This document shows positions 52,700-64,000 of a DNA stretch of 64,000 bases, one piece after another. A program made the translations under genes and the position numbers. The notes below the pieces were generated by a model. The model saw only the letters and a list, made by a program, of their open reading frames with translations, was not told where the DNA came from and did no database searches. This DNA is from Octopus vulgaris (lineage: Eukaryota). The first letter of the stretch is position 1; each line of letters opens with the position of its first letter. The stretch is from NCBI GenBank assembly GCA_951406725.2, contig OX597814.1, positions 558,001 through 622,000 on the forward strand. The letters run 5' to 3'.

Positions 52700-53738
52700 T
52701 TAACATTTGTGGCTTAGTGGTTCGGGTATTTTGCTAACGATGAGAAGGTCAGGAGTTTGATACCTGATGGCACATTGAGTCCTTGAGCAAGACACTTTAT
52801 TTCACGTTGCTCCAGTCCACTCAGTTAGCAAACTTGAGTTGTACCTCAAAGGGTCAATATTGTCATATTCTGTGTCATGCCGAATCTCCCCGAGAATTAC
52901 ATTAAGGATAAGTATGTTTTGTAGGATACACATAAACACACACACACCCATATACATAACAGGCTTCTTTCAGTTTCTTTCCATCTACCAAATCTGCTCA
53001 CTAGGCTTTGGTCAACCCACCATTATCATAGAAGACACCTGCCCAAGGTGCTGCACAGTGAGAGTGTGTGGATGCACATGACCTAGTGGTTAGAACAGTT
53101 GACTCGCGGTCAAGGGATCGTGGGTTCGAATCTCAGACCAGGTGATGTGTGTGTTTATGAGCGAAACATCTAAGCTCCACACGGCTCCGGCAGAAGTTAA
53201 TGGCGAACTTCTGCTGACTCTTTCACCACAACTTTCTCTCACTCTTTCTTCTTGCGTCTTGCAGCTCACCTGCAAAGGACTGGCATCCCATCCAGGTGGG
53301 GAACCTTTACGCCAAGGAAACCGGGAAACCGGCCCTTATGAGCCAAGCATGGTTTGAGAAGGAACAAACACAGTGAGATTGAACCCAAGATCACATGGTT
53401 GTGAAGCAATCCTCTAATACTGTTGCTGACAAACTAAAAATTCACAATAATCACTTCACAATGTCATAATCGGATTTTCATAATGATTTTCATTCAAATA
53501 TGAACACATTTTAATATGGGTGAGCTCAGGATGGGTTGGCATTAAAAGGAGCTTCCTGCTTCCTCTTTCTCATAAAGTCTTAATCTCAGGGTTTGGCTCT
53601 TCAGCGCCAATTCAGAAGACGTACAAAAATTAACTCCACATTTAAAAACCTCTTCTTTTGACAAAGCAATCAAATGTCTCTGTCTTATTATTAGACGATA
53701 CCACCTTGTTTCATACCAACGCGGATATATATATATGT

Positions 53739-53783
<45 letters not shown>

Positions 53784-54063
53784 TACATGTATGTGTGTGT
53801 GTGTGTCCTGCAGCCCCCATTTAATCTGGTTGTACACACCCTAAAAGTAAGGAAAAGGTAGACATACTTAAACAATAGCCTCTGGCAGGGTGGTTGTAAG
53901 AAGACAAGATTTAGTAAAGACTAATCCCTCTGGATTGATACATTATGGCTCACCTGAACAGGGGTAATTACTAGACAGACTGAATTCAATGAATGGTAGT
54001 GGTGAGAGGAGAGCTTTCTTGGGGGTGGGGCTGCCTATCCCCCGTAACCAACATCACGCGCGT

Positions 54064-54098
<35 letters not shown>

Positions 54099-54277
54099 AG
54101 ACTGGAAAGAAAGATTGAAGGGTGTACAGCTTAAATAATTTGAGATTAAAAATGGGAGGAGCAACATCTTAACGTTTCATCAGACACACAGGTATTGCTA
54201 GATATATATATATATATATATAAATACATATAAGTATATATAGGTATATATCCTCATCATCATTGTTTAGCGATATG

Positions 54278-54308
<31 letters not shown>

Positions 54309-54507
54309 ATATATGTATATATATGTGTGTGTGTGTGTGTATATGTGTGGGTGTATGTGTGTGTGTATGTATGTATGCATAAACGTATATAAGTAGTCAA
54401 ACAGACACACAAATGTCCTTACTGACACTCCTTCACACACACACACAACATAAAACCCGTTAAATTTGTTTAAAATGTTATTTTAAAATGAAGCAACATT
54501 CAAGTGC

Positions 54508-54544
<37 letters not shown>

Positions 54545-57500
54545 CAAAAAGTGAATGTTATGTGTTTGTGTGTATTTAAGAGAGTGGAGGGGGTGAGAAT
54601 GTCACAGAGGTCATAGTAACCAGGTTGTCACAACCACTGCTAAGATCTTGGACTTCTGCTGCCATTGTACAGAGTAGCATGGCACCATTGAGAAGGTATT
54701 CACCTACCCGAAACTGCCCCTGGTCCTATGATACAAATTTACTGTGTTAAATCCAATCTAAAATCTTCCCTCAAAATTTCAGGTTAACTTATGCTTCAAA
54801 CACCATCTTAATGTTATTTCATAAATTCTTTATTATTTCCAAAATTAATTGAAACAGCAAGGTATTTCAACAAAAATGGGGTAAGAAAAGGGTTAAAGTT
54901 ATCTAAATTAAAACCTTCCTTCAAAATTTAAAACTATATTCCAAACACCAGCTTAATAACAAAAAAAAAATCTTACTAAATTCATCATTTTCAAAATTAA
55001 TTAAAATATAAGGCAGTTTATTTCAATATAAATATGGTACAAAACAAGGATCAACTCATTTTAGACTACTTTTTAGTTCTATGGGGTAAACTTCTTGTTG
55101 TAAAGCGATCCAAATTAAAACCTCCCGTCGGTGTATCTACACCTATTTATCTACAGCAAGAAATTTTCTCCACAACAAAATACAGTGAACAGCTTCCTTA
55201 CAGACTCAAATATACTTCAAGCATATTTGAACTGGTAATAAGTTTGTATTTATACACATCCCTGCTTAGCACCACACCCCAAAAAATAAGTATTCAGCAT
55301 TAATAAATACAGTAGAATTCTATCACACATAATGTAAAGTTTTAAAAAAAACTGTTAAACTAAATTTATTCAAGCAATTAATGAACAAAATTTCTTCTTC
55401 TGAGACTTATTTAAATCTAAAAGCAAGGAAGCCATTGCAATAGAATTGGATCACTAAAACTTTACCTGGGAAGTAACTAAGCACCAAACCAATTTGCTAT
55501 GGCTAAGGCATAGAGCAATGACCCATCCAGGAGGTGGTTAATCTCTCATCTGCCCTTAATGTCATGCAGGGGTGCTGGCAGTGGTGATGTCAGCAGCAGT
55601 GGAAGCATTAAAAACATTGATAATCTCTTTCCTGAAAGGGGACAGATTTTATTTCATGTGTGTAAAGTGATATATGAGCAATTAATTGATAAACCCCACA
55701 TGTCTACTCCCTAATGACCCCTACACTCTTCCTTAAATAGCATCAATTTTTTTTCATCAGGGTTCAACCTCATCAATCTTAACAGCTTCCTGTTGAAGAA
55801 AATTAACTGATTAATATATATTTATATATAGGCCCCTTACCGATGGAAACACACACACACACATGAATATAAAACAAAGGAATAGGAATTTGGAATCTGG
55901 ACAGGTACCTTATGTGCATTCTGATATCATCCAGGTCTCTGTGTATATGTATGTATGTATGTATGGGTCTCTTCTATTTTTTAATTATTATAAATCTTCT
56001 ACTGAGGATGGAGCTGGTTTCCAACAAAACTACAAGACTCCATTTTTGGGATGTAGTTAACACAGACAAATTCACATTTGAAACTTGAGAAAAGTCTTGC
56101 ATATTTTTACTGTTCCACTCACAGATTGCACTTGTAATGTAGGAATCAGCCGGTCACTTTCCCTTTCTGAAAATCCCAGTTTATCCAGATTCTCCTTTTA
56201 GTGCTCCAATTATTATTGGTATGAATATGAATTCACAGTCTGGATATAGAAGCTGGAAGTTTCAAATCAGTTGTCCATAGATATCCTCTTCTTCTTTGAT
56301 TTCCTAAGAGATATTTATATCTGCAGGGCAGCTTATATTTTTTTTGTTGTACATGTTTCATGACGTCCTGTGCCCACAAAAGCATATATATATATATATT
56401 ATTTAAATTATTTTATGATTCAACGCCACACATCCTCTTCCAAGTAAGTTATATATATGTGTATATATATATATGTGTGTGTGTGTCGAAACGTGGAGTA
56501 GATGAAACTAAGGCGACAGAAGAAGGGGAATTTTCCTTGTTTTGTATGTCCTGTACTCTATTTTTTCGTTGTTTAAGAAAAATGTCCATTTCCTTGGTTT
56601 TGTGTTTATGTTTTTGTTTCTCATTGTGTTCGACGTTTTTTTGGTGTCCTGTACCCACATATGCATGTATATATACATATAAATGTAGACACGTGCATAT
56701 ATATGTATGTATATATGCATATATTTTATGTATTGTTTTGTTATTATATATATATATAGATAGATTTGGTGATGCAAGCAGGAATATAGAACTCAAAATG
56801 AGAGTGTATATATTTTCTTGTATTGAAAATTGTCAGAGGTTAGAGAGTGACTCAAGATCTGGGAGCTTTGAGTGTTTGCACTCACCAAAGTGATAAAATG
56901 TCAATACACAACACCCCTCCCAGCTTTCAAGTCACTCTCTAACTTCTGACAATTATAAATAAAAGAAAATATATATACTTGCCGGTGACATGTAAAAAGC
57001 ACTATCCAAACATGAATGATGCCAGTACCCCTGATTGGCCCCCATTCTGGTGGCACATAAAAAGCAGTATCTGAACGTGATCGATGTGAGGCCTACCTGA
57101 CTGGTTCCCGTGCCAGTGGCATGTAAAAAGCAGCCTCTACACTCTCCGAGTGGTTGGCATTAAGAAGGGCATCCAGCTGTGGAAACATTGCCAGATCAGA
57201 CTGGAGCCTAGTGCAGCCGCTGGCTCTCCAGATCTCAGTCAAACCATCCAACCCATGACAGCATGGAAAACCGACGTCAAACGATGATGATGATAACTAA
57301 GTATAAACATACACATGTACACAAACACACTTAGGGATATGTATGTGTAACACTGTATATATACAAACCTGGAAGTGTATATATATATATATATATATAT
57401 GGTCAGCATAAATGAGGCCTATAGGTAATAACAACAGGGAAAGAATTGAGATTTCACCAGTCAGTTTTTTTTTTGGGGGGGGGGGGGATAAGTGACTAAG

Positions 57501-58645
57501 TGTACCTTGGAGTAAACAACAGGGAAAAGTTAACTTCTACTGTTTTACACACACACACACACAGAGGCACACTTACACACATAGAGGCACACACACACAC
57601 ACACACACACAGAATGGTGCAGACACCCACTTCTGTATACAGATACATAAATTTCTAGAGGAAACAAGCAACATCTGTCAGGTTTGAAAGAGATTAAGGA
57701 TTATTACATAATTAATCCCTTTATCTAATCCCGAAGGTGAAGAGGAGGCGGGGGATGACAGATGTCATATTTAACTGCAAAACGTGAAGTGAATGCAAGA
57801 CATTTCACATGGATAAGACACTAATCCACTGAGGATAACTTCTCCCCCAAAACACTCAACACCAGAAACATTCAATGGGGGAAATAAACACTGTTGAGAG
57901 GGGACGGTTGCAACAAACTGTTTACAGAAGGTAAAGTTGCAATGAGATGATGATGATGATGATGTCGATCATCATCATCATCATCATGTTCATCATTTAA
58001 TGTCGGTTTTCCCCACTAGCATGGGGTGGACTGTTTGGCAGCAACTGGCAAGGTGAGGAGTGTTTTGTCTGTTTGGGCTTGGTTTCTTACAGCTGGATCC
58101 CTTTCCGAATACCAACCACTTTACGGAGTGTACTGGGTACTTTCCACATGGCACCAGCTCCAGTGCTTTTCATGTAGCATCAACACCAGTGCTTTTCTTC
58201 ATGTGGCATTAGTACCAGTGCTTTTAACAGTAATTTGTAAAAATATTTACTTGAAAACAGTTATGTCATATAAAAGAGGTCCCTTTGGTCATGTGAGTTA
58301 CAAGGCAACCTCACTAGTGCTGGTGCCATGTAAAAAAGCACCCAGTTACACTCTCTCAAGGGGTCGATGTTAAGAAGGTCATCCTATTGAAGGAAGCACG
58401 AAGGCCTCTGATTTGTTGGATATGGTGGTCTGGGTCTCCTTCAGTTACAACAAGTGTTTCCATTGACTCAGTCAATGGAACAGCCTCCTTGTGAAATTAA
58501 TGTGCAAATGACTGAGCACTCCCAGATACACATGTACCCTTAATGGAGTAGTCATCAGGGAGATCCAGTGCGACACAGATTGTGACAAGGTTGGCCCTTT
58601 CAAATTCAGGTACAACTCACTTTTGGCAGGTGAGTGAACCAGAGT

Positions 58646-58794
58646 AAGGGCCAGCTCAAGGTACCAGCAACTAGGACAGTCACTCAGGGCGCCGAGGAGG
58701 AAATGACAAAGACAAGGAAATTTCCACGACTGTCAGCTTGTACATGCTGAAGTTCAGCTTTCCTAGGGCACCAGCAACCCTAGGCCTGGCTCTG
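58646..58794. mobile_element. hAT-like MITE inserted into a SINE
   Basis: Ends aagggccag / ctggctctg; degenerate 8-bp TSD accagagt/actggagc splits the host SINE (58430-58910, -). Confidence 0.45.
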
Positions 58795-59512
58795 ACTGGA
58801 GCAACGTGAAATATAAAGTCCTGCTCAAGGACACAAAGTGCTGCTGGGAACCAAAATCACAATTTATGACCGTGAGACAAATACACTAACGAGTAGGTCA
58901 CATGCCTTCACTAATGATAAATCCAAATGAAATTAGATAGCAATATTTTTTGGGGGGGAAAACACTTATGTACTTGATAAAATTCCACACAAACCAGAAA
59001 ACTAATTATAGAAAGCATGCTGATATTGCAATACAACGCCAAGATTAACAAGCAAACACAAACAACAAAAAATAAACGTAAAAACTAGTAAAAAAAACAT
59101 AACAGTCAAAAGACCTTTGGCAGGGAAGGTCAATGTGTATTTAGTCTGTTTGTATCAAATAGCATAAACACCAAAATATATTCAGTACAGTTCTTGAAAA
59201 GGAGTCTGTGAAGGTCAAGAAATGTCAGAAACAGATTTGGGAATTTTATTGTTGTAAACCAAATGTAAAAGATTTATAAGAAAATATGAAAAATATAAAA
59301 TATTGGTTTCAAGTTTAGTAGAGGGGAAAGCACAAGTTGATTACATGACCTCCCCCAGTACACAACTGGTACTTGTTTTATTGACCCCCAAAAGGATGAA
59401 AGGGAAAGTTGAGCTCAGTGGAATTTGAACTTGGAATGTAAAGACAGAAAAAATGCCATTAAACATTTTGCCTGAAGCAGTAACTCTTAGAATATTTAAG
59501 ACAAAACTTGAA

Positions 59513-60058
59513 CATTAGAAAATTACTATTTTTAAATCTCACAACGTCAGATATTCAGCAACGATACTTTGGAGTAAAGATTGTTTGCCAACATAACATG
59601 GCAGTCCTGGTTTAGGACAAATGTTGCTGTAATTTAGCCCCAGGAGACACATTCATCCTAAACCAGGATTGCCATGTTATGTTAATAAACAATCTTTACT
59701 CCAAAGTATCGTTGCTGAATATCTGACATTGTGAGATTTAAAAATAGTAATTTTCTAATTTATAGATCAGTGACTGTGTGTCACTTTGAAAACTATATAT
59801 TTCAAACGGGAATTTGGCAGCACCACCTCTAGCTGGACAATTATTCTATGCTGATGAAGGGAAATAACCCAGAAATTGCGATACACAGATATTGTTTTGA
59901 GCTGAGTGAGAGTGCTAGATTCCGTTGTTCGAAAATATAAAGACACAGATTGGGTCATATAGCCAGCTGGAGACGATGTCTCATGGGGCTCAATTACAGC
60001 AACATTCGTCCTAAACCAGGACTGCCATGTTATGTCAGCAAATTATCTTTACTCCAAA
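59513..60058. mobile_element. Penelope-like non-autonomous element: inverted segment 59513-59758 plus partial direct repeat 59980-60058
   Basis: The segment 'cctaaaccaggaYtgccatgttatgtYa...tctttactccaaa' occurs once inverted and twice direct, with a hammerhead between the direct copies. Confidence 0.6.
59845..59889 (+). ncRNA. Minimal hammerhead ribozyme in a Penelope-like inverted plus partial-tandem structure
   Basis: CUAUG-CUGAUGA-A-GGG(AAAUAA)CCC-A-GAAA-UUGCGA-U-A-CACAG. Confidence 0.6.
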
Positions 60059-60371
60059 ACTTGAACATTTTTGCATATTTAATAACATATTGGTATATAT
60101 ATAAATATACTAATATATGGTGTGCATATATATACATTGGTATATATATATATATATATACCAATGTATATATGCATATATATGTCTATAAACATATACA
60201 TATGTATGCCTAACAGCTGTTTCCCATACCTGCATGGGTTTGATGGTTTGACAGGAGCTTCACAGCATCCACAGATTCCCCAGTGTTCAAGATTTCATTC
60301 ATATATATAACATATGTATGTATGTCAATATATGTGTGTGTATGTGGCAATATATATATATATATATATTT

Positions 60372-60775
60372 GACCGAATGAGAACAAAGCCAAGGCTGTG
60401 AGGAGTTTTCAGGACATTTATAAGGAAATAGTCTCACAGCTGTTTCTGGGATATAATTGATATCCCTTCATCAGAGACGGTGTGAGAAAATATTGTTCGA
60501 ATTATTGTGGAAAAGGAGGAGATAGGAATATAGAGGGAAATAAGAGAATGAAAGGAGAAATAAGATATATAAAGATATTGCAGTTGCAGTTCCATTCTTC
60601 GAGGAAAATGGTGTATAGAAGTGGTAAGAAAGTTCATGTTTAGTCATTTCAAAGTATGGAGCCATGGAATCGGTGTTGCCCATTCCATAATATCCCAGAA
60701 ACAGCTGTAAGGCTATTTCCTTATAAATGTTCTGAAAACTCCTCACAGCCTTGGCTTTGTTATCTCATTCTGTCT
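60372..60775. mobile_element. (TA)n-flanked inverted-repeat element with a hammerhead at 60431-60478 (-)
   Basis: ~85-bp arms. Minus strand reads GUCU-CUGAUGA-A-GGGAUAU..AUAUCCC-A-GAAA-C-AGCU-GU-G-AGAC; the other arm has GUA at the cleavage site. Confidence 0.65.
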
Positions 60776-60981
60776 AATATATATATGTACATGCTAATAC
60801 AAGACCCACATTAGACTCCTCACTTGCATCATGATCGAACCAAGAGTTTAACTATGGTCTGTCCATAGAACTTACATAGCGTTACCTGTCACTCTTTGGG
60901 TCTTTCAGATACCAATACCTCTCGTATACATATAAAATTTATTTCACGTTCCCGTTCATTGGACAGTTTCATTAAATAAAA

Positions 60982-61017
60982 CTGTCCGACGAACGGGAAC
61001 ATGAAACTGAGTAACAG
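60982..61017 (+). ncRNA. Hammerhead-like motif with CCGANGA core
   Basis: CUGU-CCGACGA-ACG(GGAA)CRU-GAAA-C-UGA-GU-A-ACAG. Its 5' part is duplicated in inverted orientation at 60942-60968. Confidence 0.55.
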
Positions 61018-61120
61018 CTTTTGTTATATTTCTGCTGCTTTTAAATAAAGCATATTTCTCTACCTCTGGTATTTGAGTACTCTTTTTTCCACCTTGTTTC
61101 ACATTTATGTGTTTACTCTG

Positions 61121-61171
<51 letters not shown>

Positions 61172-61300
61172 GGAGTAAATCAAAACTTACAGGGAATAAT
61201 TAGATTTAGGATTAAATCCAATTTTACAGTATAAATATAAATTAAATTAGAGATAAAACCACTATTAGGCAAATCACTATTAGGTTTTATCTCTAATTTA

Positions 61301-61363
<63 letters not shown>

Positions 61364-61569
61364 TCATATACACAGAACATTTTAGCAAAAGTTTTCTTCA
61401 ACAAATATATTTTAAGAGACAGGCTACATGTGTGTCGTGTTGAAGTTCTGAAGATAGCAAATGTAAGCACCAAAGCTCTCTTGCAACACAGCAGACTGGG
61501 ACAGGCAGGCCGTATATTTTATATGAAAAAAAAAGGGATGAAAAATTTTAAAGTGTGAACTCTTCAGAG

Positions 61570-62015
61570 GATATTATTTACATTTGACGGATATTTGTCC
61601 TCATCTTCTTTGTTAACACATTTCGGCTGATGTACCCTCCAGCCTTCTTCAGGTGTCTTGGGGAAATTTCAAACCTGGGTTCTCATTCCTAAGATATTTT
61701 TCAATGTTTTTGTTGTTATTATAATTATTATTATTATTATTATTATTCAGGTCACTGCTTGGAATCGAACTTGGAATCTTGGAGTTAGTAGCCTGTGCTC
61801 TTAACCACTACGCCATATGCCCATGGGCATATAATAATAATAACATCAAAAAATATCTTAGCAATGAGAACCCAAGTTCGAAATTTCCCCAAGACACTTG
61901 ATGAAGGCTGGAGGGCATATCAGCCGAAACATTGTGTTAACAAACAAGATGAGGACAACTATCCGTCAAATGTAAATAATGTATATAATTCCTCATCTCT
62001 TAAATACCAAACTGT
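61570..62015. mobile_element. Palindromic tRNA-head/hammerhead element, copy 2
   Basis: Same sequence family as 27440-27949. Direct repeat actcttcagag at 61559-61569 and 62016-62026. Hammerhead cores in both arms (61894-61937 +, ~61615-61656 -), each with a lesion. Confidence 0.8.
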
Positions 62016-64000
62016 ACTCTTCAGAGAAGTCTAAGTCTGAGAGAAGAGCCCCTTGCAATTGCTTTAAATCTGATCTGATGTAAAAGTAATATTCCTGTGG
62101 AAAATGGCAGAAAAAAAAATGCAATTTATAAGGCAACACGAAGAAAAAATATACTCAGTGCATCCAAGTATTTTGAAAAAATCATATTAAACACAAAAAG
62201 TTAGAACGAGATGCAAGGAAAGATAACTCCATAAATATTAATCCTTTCAAATGTTCAACTTGCAAGTGAGTTTGTCTACTTAAGGCTGATCTTGTTAGCA
62301 ACTCAACAGGAGAGAAACAGAAGCAAGCTGACAATGGATTATTGCCACCGGTAAGAAGATATGCCTGGCAGTTTGTTTGGTTGTAAAACGATATCAATTT
62401 CCTTATTCTGTGTTGCATTTAACTGAGAGGAGACATTTATTTAACAGCTGCAAATCAACAACTAGGCTAAAAATTCCAGGTTTGCTTTTCAGTTGTGTGT
62501 GTGTGTGTGTGTGTGTGTGCATCTGTATGAGTGTGTATATGTTGTGTGTGAGTGTGAGAGTGTGTGTACATCATCATCATAATCCTCATCATCATCGTTT
62601 AATGTCCGCTTTCCATGCTAGCATGGGTTGGACGATTTTGACTGAGGGCTGGCAAAACAGAAGGCTGCACCAGGCTCCAAACTGGATCTGGCAGAGATTC
62701 TACAGCTGGATGCCCTTCCTAATGCCAGCCACACCGAGATTGTAGTGGTTGCTTTTACATGCCACCGGCATGGGGCCAGTCAGACGGTACTGGCAATGAC
62801 CTCGCTCAAATCTTTTTACACATGCCACCGGTACAGGTGCCAGTAAGGCGATGCTGGTAACGATCACACTCGAATGGTGCCTTTTACGTGCCACTGAGTG
62901 TGTGTGTATATGTTGTGTGAGAGTGTGTGTACATGTATATATTTGTCTAAATGCATAACTGTGTGTCTGTATGAGTATGTATTTTCTTTATCTGCCCCAT
63001 GGCCTCGGTAGGACCTCCAAGATTAGTGAGACTAACATGGTTAATGTGTGTGTGTGTGCGAATGTGAAGTGACTGGATGACTGTTTTTGGGGAAAATGTG
63101 AAACACGCCATGCTAGTGATGAAGGCCATGACATCATCTGCAATCAACTAAGACAGGTGCAACTGTGAGGGTTTCTATGACAAAACTGTTGAGTTTAACA
63201 GAACTGGCCGATGGGTGGCAGCAAGATTGACCAAACAAAAAAGAAAAACAAAAGACATGCATGGAGAACATGGGGATAGGCCAAGCTAGGAGTAAAAGCA
63301 GCCACTGGCAAGTCTGTTTTTGCTTCTTTTTTTTATGTGTTTACCTAACTCCAGGAAATATCTCCATATAGCTCCAGCCATAACTGTAGACGGGTCTGAG
63401 ACAATAATCTGTTAGAATAACAAGACAGTTTTACAACAGAACTTTGAAAGAACAAAAAAATAAAAAAAAAAAAAAAGAAAAGAAAATAAAACAAAAAAAA
63501 TAGAAGACAAAAGAAAAAAAGACAACAATACAAAACAAAATACAGAATAAAGGATTTCTTTACACAACTGTAAGTAAAGTGTGTTAAATGCGTTAATCCT
63601 TTTAATCCCAACCTGTCAGAAAATGGCCCTGTTCCTATGATACCCACTTCCTGTTCTAAAGGGATCTAACTTTAAAAAAACCTTCCATTCAAATTTCATG
63701 TTAATTCATGTTCTAAAGAGAAATATGAGAACTAAAGGGTTAAAGTGACCGAAATTAAAATGCCTGTCCTCAACATCTGATGTTAATTTATATTCCAGAC
63801 ACCAGTTTGATAAGGACAGAATCATTTTGCTAAATTCTTTATCAGTTTCAAAATTAATTGAAACAAATGAAAGTGTATTTCAACAGAAATAGGATAATGA
63901 AAGGGTTAATAGGTACAAAGGCAGAGCCTGAGGGGTCGAGCAGCGATGGTCTTTGTTGACTAAAATTGTACAATGAAGTTTTAAATTTGAAATCTCTCTC

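Overview
Eukaryotic, AT-rich, repeat-dense animal genomic DNA. The SINE, RTE-LINE and microsatellite landscape suggests a coleoid cephalopod (octopus-like), which is an inference. One multi-exon minus-strand gene is supported by GT/AG sites and phase continuity (CDS exons 35909-35989, 31976-32911, 26929-27038, 24550-24643, probable terminal exon ~20726-20879). It encodes an N-myristoylation-type start (MGGKTSKAKRK), a ~310-aa Glu/Pro-rich disordered region and a C-terminal AMPK-beta-like glycogen-binding CBM48 domain, with no visible AMPK-beta ASC domain. An intronless 128-codon ORF at 11821-12207 (-) aligns by eye with histone H3 over its whole length but is very divergent and has cenH3-like substitutions. 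The most striking non-coding signal is a set of about eight sequence-unrelated short elements that each carry a minimal hammerhead-ribozyme core (CUGANGA...GAAA, palindromic stem III). Most sit in inverted-repeat insertions or next to (TA)n, as in Penelope-like retroelements. One family (2 copies, 11-12 bp TSDs) joins a tRNA-like Pol III head to the hammerhead in a head-to-head palindrome. Other content: several tRNA-derived SINE families, RTE and L1/Tx1-like fragments, non-autonomous Helitrons, MULE-, pogo-, hAT- and piggyBac-like MITEs, an LTR>SINE>MITE nest, a 129-bp satellite grown inside a SINE and a 33-bp minisatellite. Most ORFs in the supplied track are microsatellite or repeat artefacts. 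All alignments and folds were done by eye.
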